From: Thelocarpon superellum
Lineage: Eukaryota
Assembly (NCBI GenBank): GCA_026025795.1
Contig: JAPEUG010000090.1
Location: 1-51,017 of the forward strand
Length of the DNA: 51,017 bases
Direction of reading: 5' to 3'
Part shown: positions 48,077-51,017 of the stretch, one piece after another
Layout: each line of letters begins with the position of its first letter
Numbering within the stretch: the stretch's first letter is position 1
The notes under the pieces: generated by a model
The model's input: the letters and a program-made list of their open reading frames with translations, nothing else
The model's database searches: none
Told to the model about the DNA's origin: nothing
Position numbers and translations under genes: made by a program

Positions 48077-48910
48077 ATGCCAAAAGCCCCCGCACCACGC
48101 ACGAGCACCACGCGGGCACAAACAGGGCCGATCCCGCCCCTCCGTAGATCCTCCAAAGCTTCCTCCAGATCTGCTCGTCGAACGGCAAGCACGGCGTCAC
48201 CGATCGCCGTCACCGGCCCCAACTTCCTCGTGCTCGTCGCGCTAACGAGCTCCTGCGACCCCTGCATCACCCGCCTCCTCTCCCTTCCGCCCGACCTCAC
48301 CATCACCCAGTTCCACGAGGTGCTACAGGTGGCATTTGGTTGGCAGAACGGCCACTCGTACCAATTCACCCTCTGGGACGCTTCTGTGAAGCGCGGCGCC
48401 GGAAGATTTGAACGGGCGCTTTGCGACCACTTTTCGTGCGACGTGTTTTCCCTCTCCTCGAGCCCCAAACCCTGCCCGGATTCCCAACGGACCTTGCTTG
48501 ACGTCTTTGAAGGCGAGGCATACGGACACGGCAAGACGAAGCTGGGATACTTATACGACATGGGCGATGGATGGCAACATCTGATCACGTGCCTTGGCCG
48601 CGCCAACTCCTATTCTGCGAAGGCGCTGGGCAGTCCAGAAGATACGAAGATGGTGTGTCTTGCCGGTGAAGGACATCCTTGTGCGGAGGACTGTGGGGGT
48701 CCCGTTGGGTGGGAGATTCTCAAGGCCTCATTCACCGGCCGGAGCCATGTTGGCGATTTCGAGGTGGGCGAGGAGCAAGCGGAAGAGAGGAGGGACTGGT
48801 ACACGTCCTACTGTGCCAACGGAGATCCCGCCGGATTAGACCCATACAAGTGGGGGATCAAGGACGTCAACCGCGCACTACGAAGGTTGAGCAAGAAGTG
48901 GTTCAGCTGA
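48077..48910 (+). CDS. MM3350-like / plasmid pRiA4b ORF-3-family protein
   Basis: Intronless, 277 aa. ITRLLSLPPDLTITQFHEVLQVAFGWQNGHSYQF, YLYDMGDGWQHLI, CLAGEGHPCAEDCGGPVGW match the family pattern (R.l.vp..t...LH..lQ..fgW...Hl..F; Y.YDfGD.W.H; C..g.ga.P.ED.GG..G). Confidence 0.85.
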   Translation: MPKAPAPRTSTTRAQTGPIPPLRRSSKASSRSARRTASTASPIAVTGPNFLVLVALTSSCDPCITRLLSLPPDLTITQFHEVLQVAFGWQNGHSYQFTLWDASVKRGAGRFERALCDHFSCDVFSLSSSPKPCPDSQRTLLDVFEGEAYGHGKTKLGYLYDMGDGWQHLITCLGRANSYSAKALGSPEDTKMVCLAGEGHPCAEDCGGPVGWEILKASFTGRSHVGDFEVGEEQAEERRDWYTSYCANGDPAGLDPYKWGIKDVNRALRRLSKKWFS

Positions 48911-49045
48911 GGGGGAGTCCTCCATCCGGCTGTCGCTAGATCCGCGGACGGCGGACGCTGTATGTCGTAGCTTTTCACCCTGTAGCCTTGCACTGGACAA
49001 TCGGGACCTCAGTCAACGCAAAGGCCTCGCAACTTCCTCACCCGC

Positions 49046-51017
49046 CTACTTCCGCTTCTTGGCCAGGCGTTTCTCGGCGCGCACGTCTTTCTTCAGCCGG
49101 GCATCGACGATCTTGTATCTCCCCTTGACGCCCCTGGGACGGCCCGAGATGCCACGGTTGCCCCCTCGCGCCACCACGACCGTGGTCTGCTTCCTGGGCC
49201 GTTTCTTCGCCGCGTTGGTCATGAGCTTCGAGATGCTTTGCGCCTTGTCTTTCTCCGTCATGCCCTCCTCGTCCGCGAGCAGGGCCGACTTCTTGCGCAG
49301 CTTCTCCAGGCGCTGCGCCGCCTTGAACTTCTTGCGGTCCTTGGCCTCGCGCACCTTCTTGATCGGACGCGCGTTCAATGCGCGGAGCTTCTCCTTGATC
49401 GCCGCCGCCCCAGCCGCGGTGATGGGCCGGTGTGGTTTGCTGTGCCGGCCCTCGTCGTCGAGGAACCACTCCGGCAGTCCGTCGCGGTCGCGTAACGCGT
49501 ATTTGTTGAAGCCGTCGTCGATGACGTCGTACGTGGTGGTTTGGCCGCTGGCAATCTTCTGAGCCAGCGTCATCGCTTCTGCCGTGATGATGTCCACGTC
49601 GAGTCGCCCGTTCTTGCGTGGCTCGTCGCCGTCCGATTCGTCAGCTCCATCTGCGGACCGCTTAACCACCTCGAATCCGGCCTCCTCGTCCGTCCAGTCC
49701 ATTGCGTCGCCGTTGGCCTCGTTCCCGCTTTGGCCGGGCGGCGTCTTGGCTTCGTCGTCCGAGTCGTCTTCCGTGGGCGTGATGGGCGATTGCAGACCGT
49801 CATCTTGTTGCGCGGCGCTCGCCACCGATACGCCGGAGCTACTGTTGGCGTCCGTGGCGCCTTCGTCGAGTCCCTCGATCCCTTGGAAGAGGTCCTGTTC
49901 GAAAAACCTCGTCGCTCGTCTTGTGAGCTGAGACCCCGGCGCGGATGCTGGTGCGCAGTCGGTGATCAAGGTTTGCGGCCCCGTCGTCGCCTCCTCGTCA
50001 GACTCATCCTCGCTCTCGCCCTCTCCAGAAAGCTCGCTGTCGCCGCTGTGTGCCGACCCCGCGATGCCCTCCCACTCGCCATCGTCGTCCTCTTGTCTCG
50101 CTCGCTTCGCGCGATACTTGGCGTCGGTCTCGCTCTTGCGGGCCTGGTACTGCTCGTACATGAAGTCAAGCTCGCGGTCTAGCCGGTCGGCCTCGGCGTC
50201 ACTCTCCTCGTCGTCATCATCCTCTCCCTCCTCCTGGCCCGTGTGGGAGGGGGACGGGTCTGGAAGGACGCTCATGCGGCCTTTGGCCACGCGATCCACC
50301 GCGCCGGCCCGATCGACCCCTTTGAGCGCGAACATGGCGTCCTCGCCGTTCGCTCCCGCTTGCTCCAGCCCGATATCGGTGGGTGCGGTCATGTGCAGTT
50401 GCATGCGCACAATCTCCTTTTGCTTCTTCTCGTTCTCCCTCCGTCGATGCCGTTTCTTGCGTGAGTCTTCTTTCTCATTCAATCGCTGCAGGTCTTCTTG
50501 GATCTGCAGCTCTTCGTCCATCGGTTCGACCTCGGCCACCTCCTCGGCCTCTGCCGTGCCCGCGGGCGCGGGCTTCTTCGTCGCCAGTCCAAACTTGTCG
50601 CGTACCTTCAGTCGCCATCGCAGCAAGATGCGGAAGTCCTTCCGCCCGAGCACCTTCAGATCGGCGCAGCAATTCCGGATCTCCAGCGTCGTCTCGGGGA
50701 GTCGATCGATGACGGACAAGGCGAGGTCGCCGCCCGACCCGGGCGCGAAGCTCAGCTGGTTAAGCGAGCCCAGCATGGCGATGGGGTCGGTGGTGCGAAC
50801 GAACTCGGTGACGGGGGCCCGCTTGAACTGGGTGTAGTCTCCTTCCTCGTAGCCATCGCGCTTCCGCTTCTTCTTCTCGGGGTTGAACACCTTGGCCTCG
50901 TTGTTGGGCGTCGGATCCGAGAGCTCAGCGAAGACGGATCGTGGGTCGAGGAAGCGGGGGTCGATGCGCTTGGGCGCCTTGAAGCCCCGACACACCACAA
51001 AGATCTCGGCCGATACA
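49046..51017 (-). CDS. SPB1: rRNA 2'-O-methyltransferase Spb1, C-terminal part (gene begins beyond the window end)
   Basis: [87 protein letters not shown]. Confidence 0.97.
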   Translation of the reverse strand, partial: VSAEIFVVCRGFKAPKRIDPRFLDPRSVFAELSDPTPNNEAKVFNPEKKKRKRDGYEEGDYTQFKRAPVTEFVRTTDPIAMLGSLNQLSFAPGSGGDLALSVIDRLPETTLEIRNCCADLKVLGRKDFRILLRWRLKVRDKFGLATKKPAPAGTAEAEEVAEVEPMDEELQIQEDLQRLNEKEDSRKKRHRRRENEKKQKEIVRMQLHMTAPTDIGLEQAGANGEDAMFALKGVDRAGAVDRVAKGRMSVLPDPSPSHTGQEEGEDDDDEESDAEADRLDRELDFMYEQYQARKSETDAKYRAKRARQEDDDGEWEGIAGSAHSGDSELSGEGESEDESDEEATTGPQTLITDCAPASAPGSQLTRRATRFFEQDLFQGIEGLDEGATDANSSSGVSVASAAQQDDGLQSPITPTEDDSDDEAKTPPGQSGNEANGDAMDWTDEEAGFEVVKRSADGADESDGDEPRKNGRLDVDIITAEAMTLAQKIASGQTTTYDVIDDGFNKYALRDRDGLPEWFLDDEGRHSKPHRPITAAGAAAIKEKLRALNARPIKKVREAKDRKKFKAAQRLEKLRKKSALLADEEGMTEKDKAQSISKLMTNAAKKRPRKQTTVVVARGGNRGISGRPRGVKGRYKIVDARLKKDVRAEKRLAKKRK

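Overview
GC-rich, intron-containing fungal DNA (filamentous ascomycete, Pezizomycotina-type genes with GT-AG introns and CTRAY branch points); the species cannot be determined from sequence alone. I assembled 22 protein-coding genes by hand. In order: partial DUF4604-like (-), GT15/KTR mannosyltransferase (+), small secreted 8-Cys protein (-), ~854-aa single-TM hypothetical protein (+), YRB1 (+), TAF14 (+), phosducin-like PhLP1/phnA (-), samB/MUB1 (-), G-protein beta subunit (+), 2OG-Fe(II) dioxygenase (-), MKT1 (+), tigA/ERp38 PDI (+), HSBP1 (-, absent from the ORF track), EBP2 (+), RFTS/DNMT1-RFD Raf2-like protein (-), PUS4 (+), EamA/THI74-like transporter (-), YPT7 (-), ATG16 (+), DOT1 (-), MM3350/pRiA4b-ORF3-like protein (+) and partial SPB1 (-). 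Most of the window is a core housekeeping block that, from memory, matches the Aspergillus nidulans tigA-samB-sfaD-phnA-avaA-atg16-dot1 neighbourhood. I found no tRNA, rRNA, CRISPR array or intact transposon. The best leads are: (i) the uncharacterised TM protein with an Atg8-/Atg11-binding-like motif pair, a candidate ER/nucleophagy receptor; (ii) the orphan-like secreted Cys-rich protein; (iii) the intronless bacterial-type MM3350 gene; (iv) the RFTS + Zn-finger heterochromatin-adaptor candidate. All family assignments come from motif recognition by eye; no database search was run.
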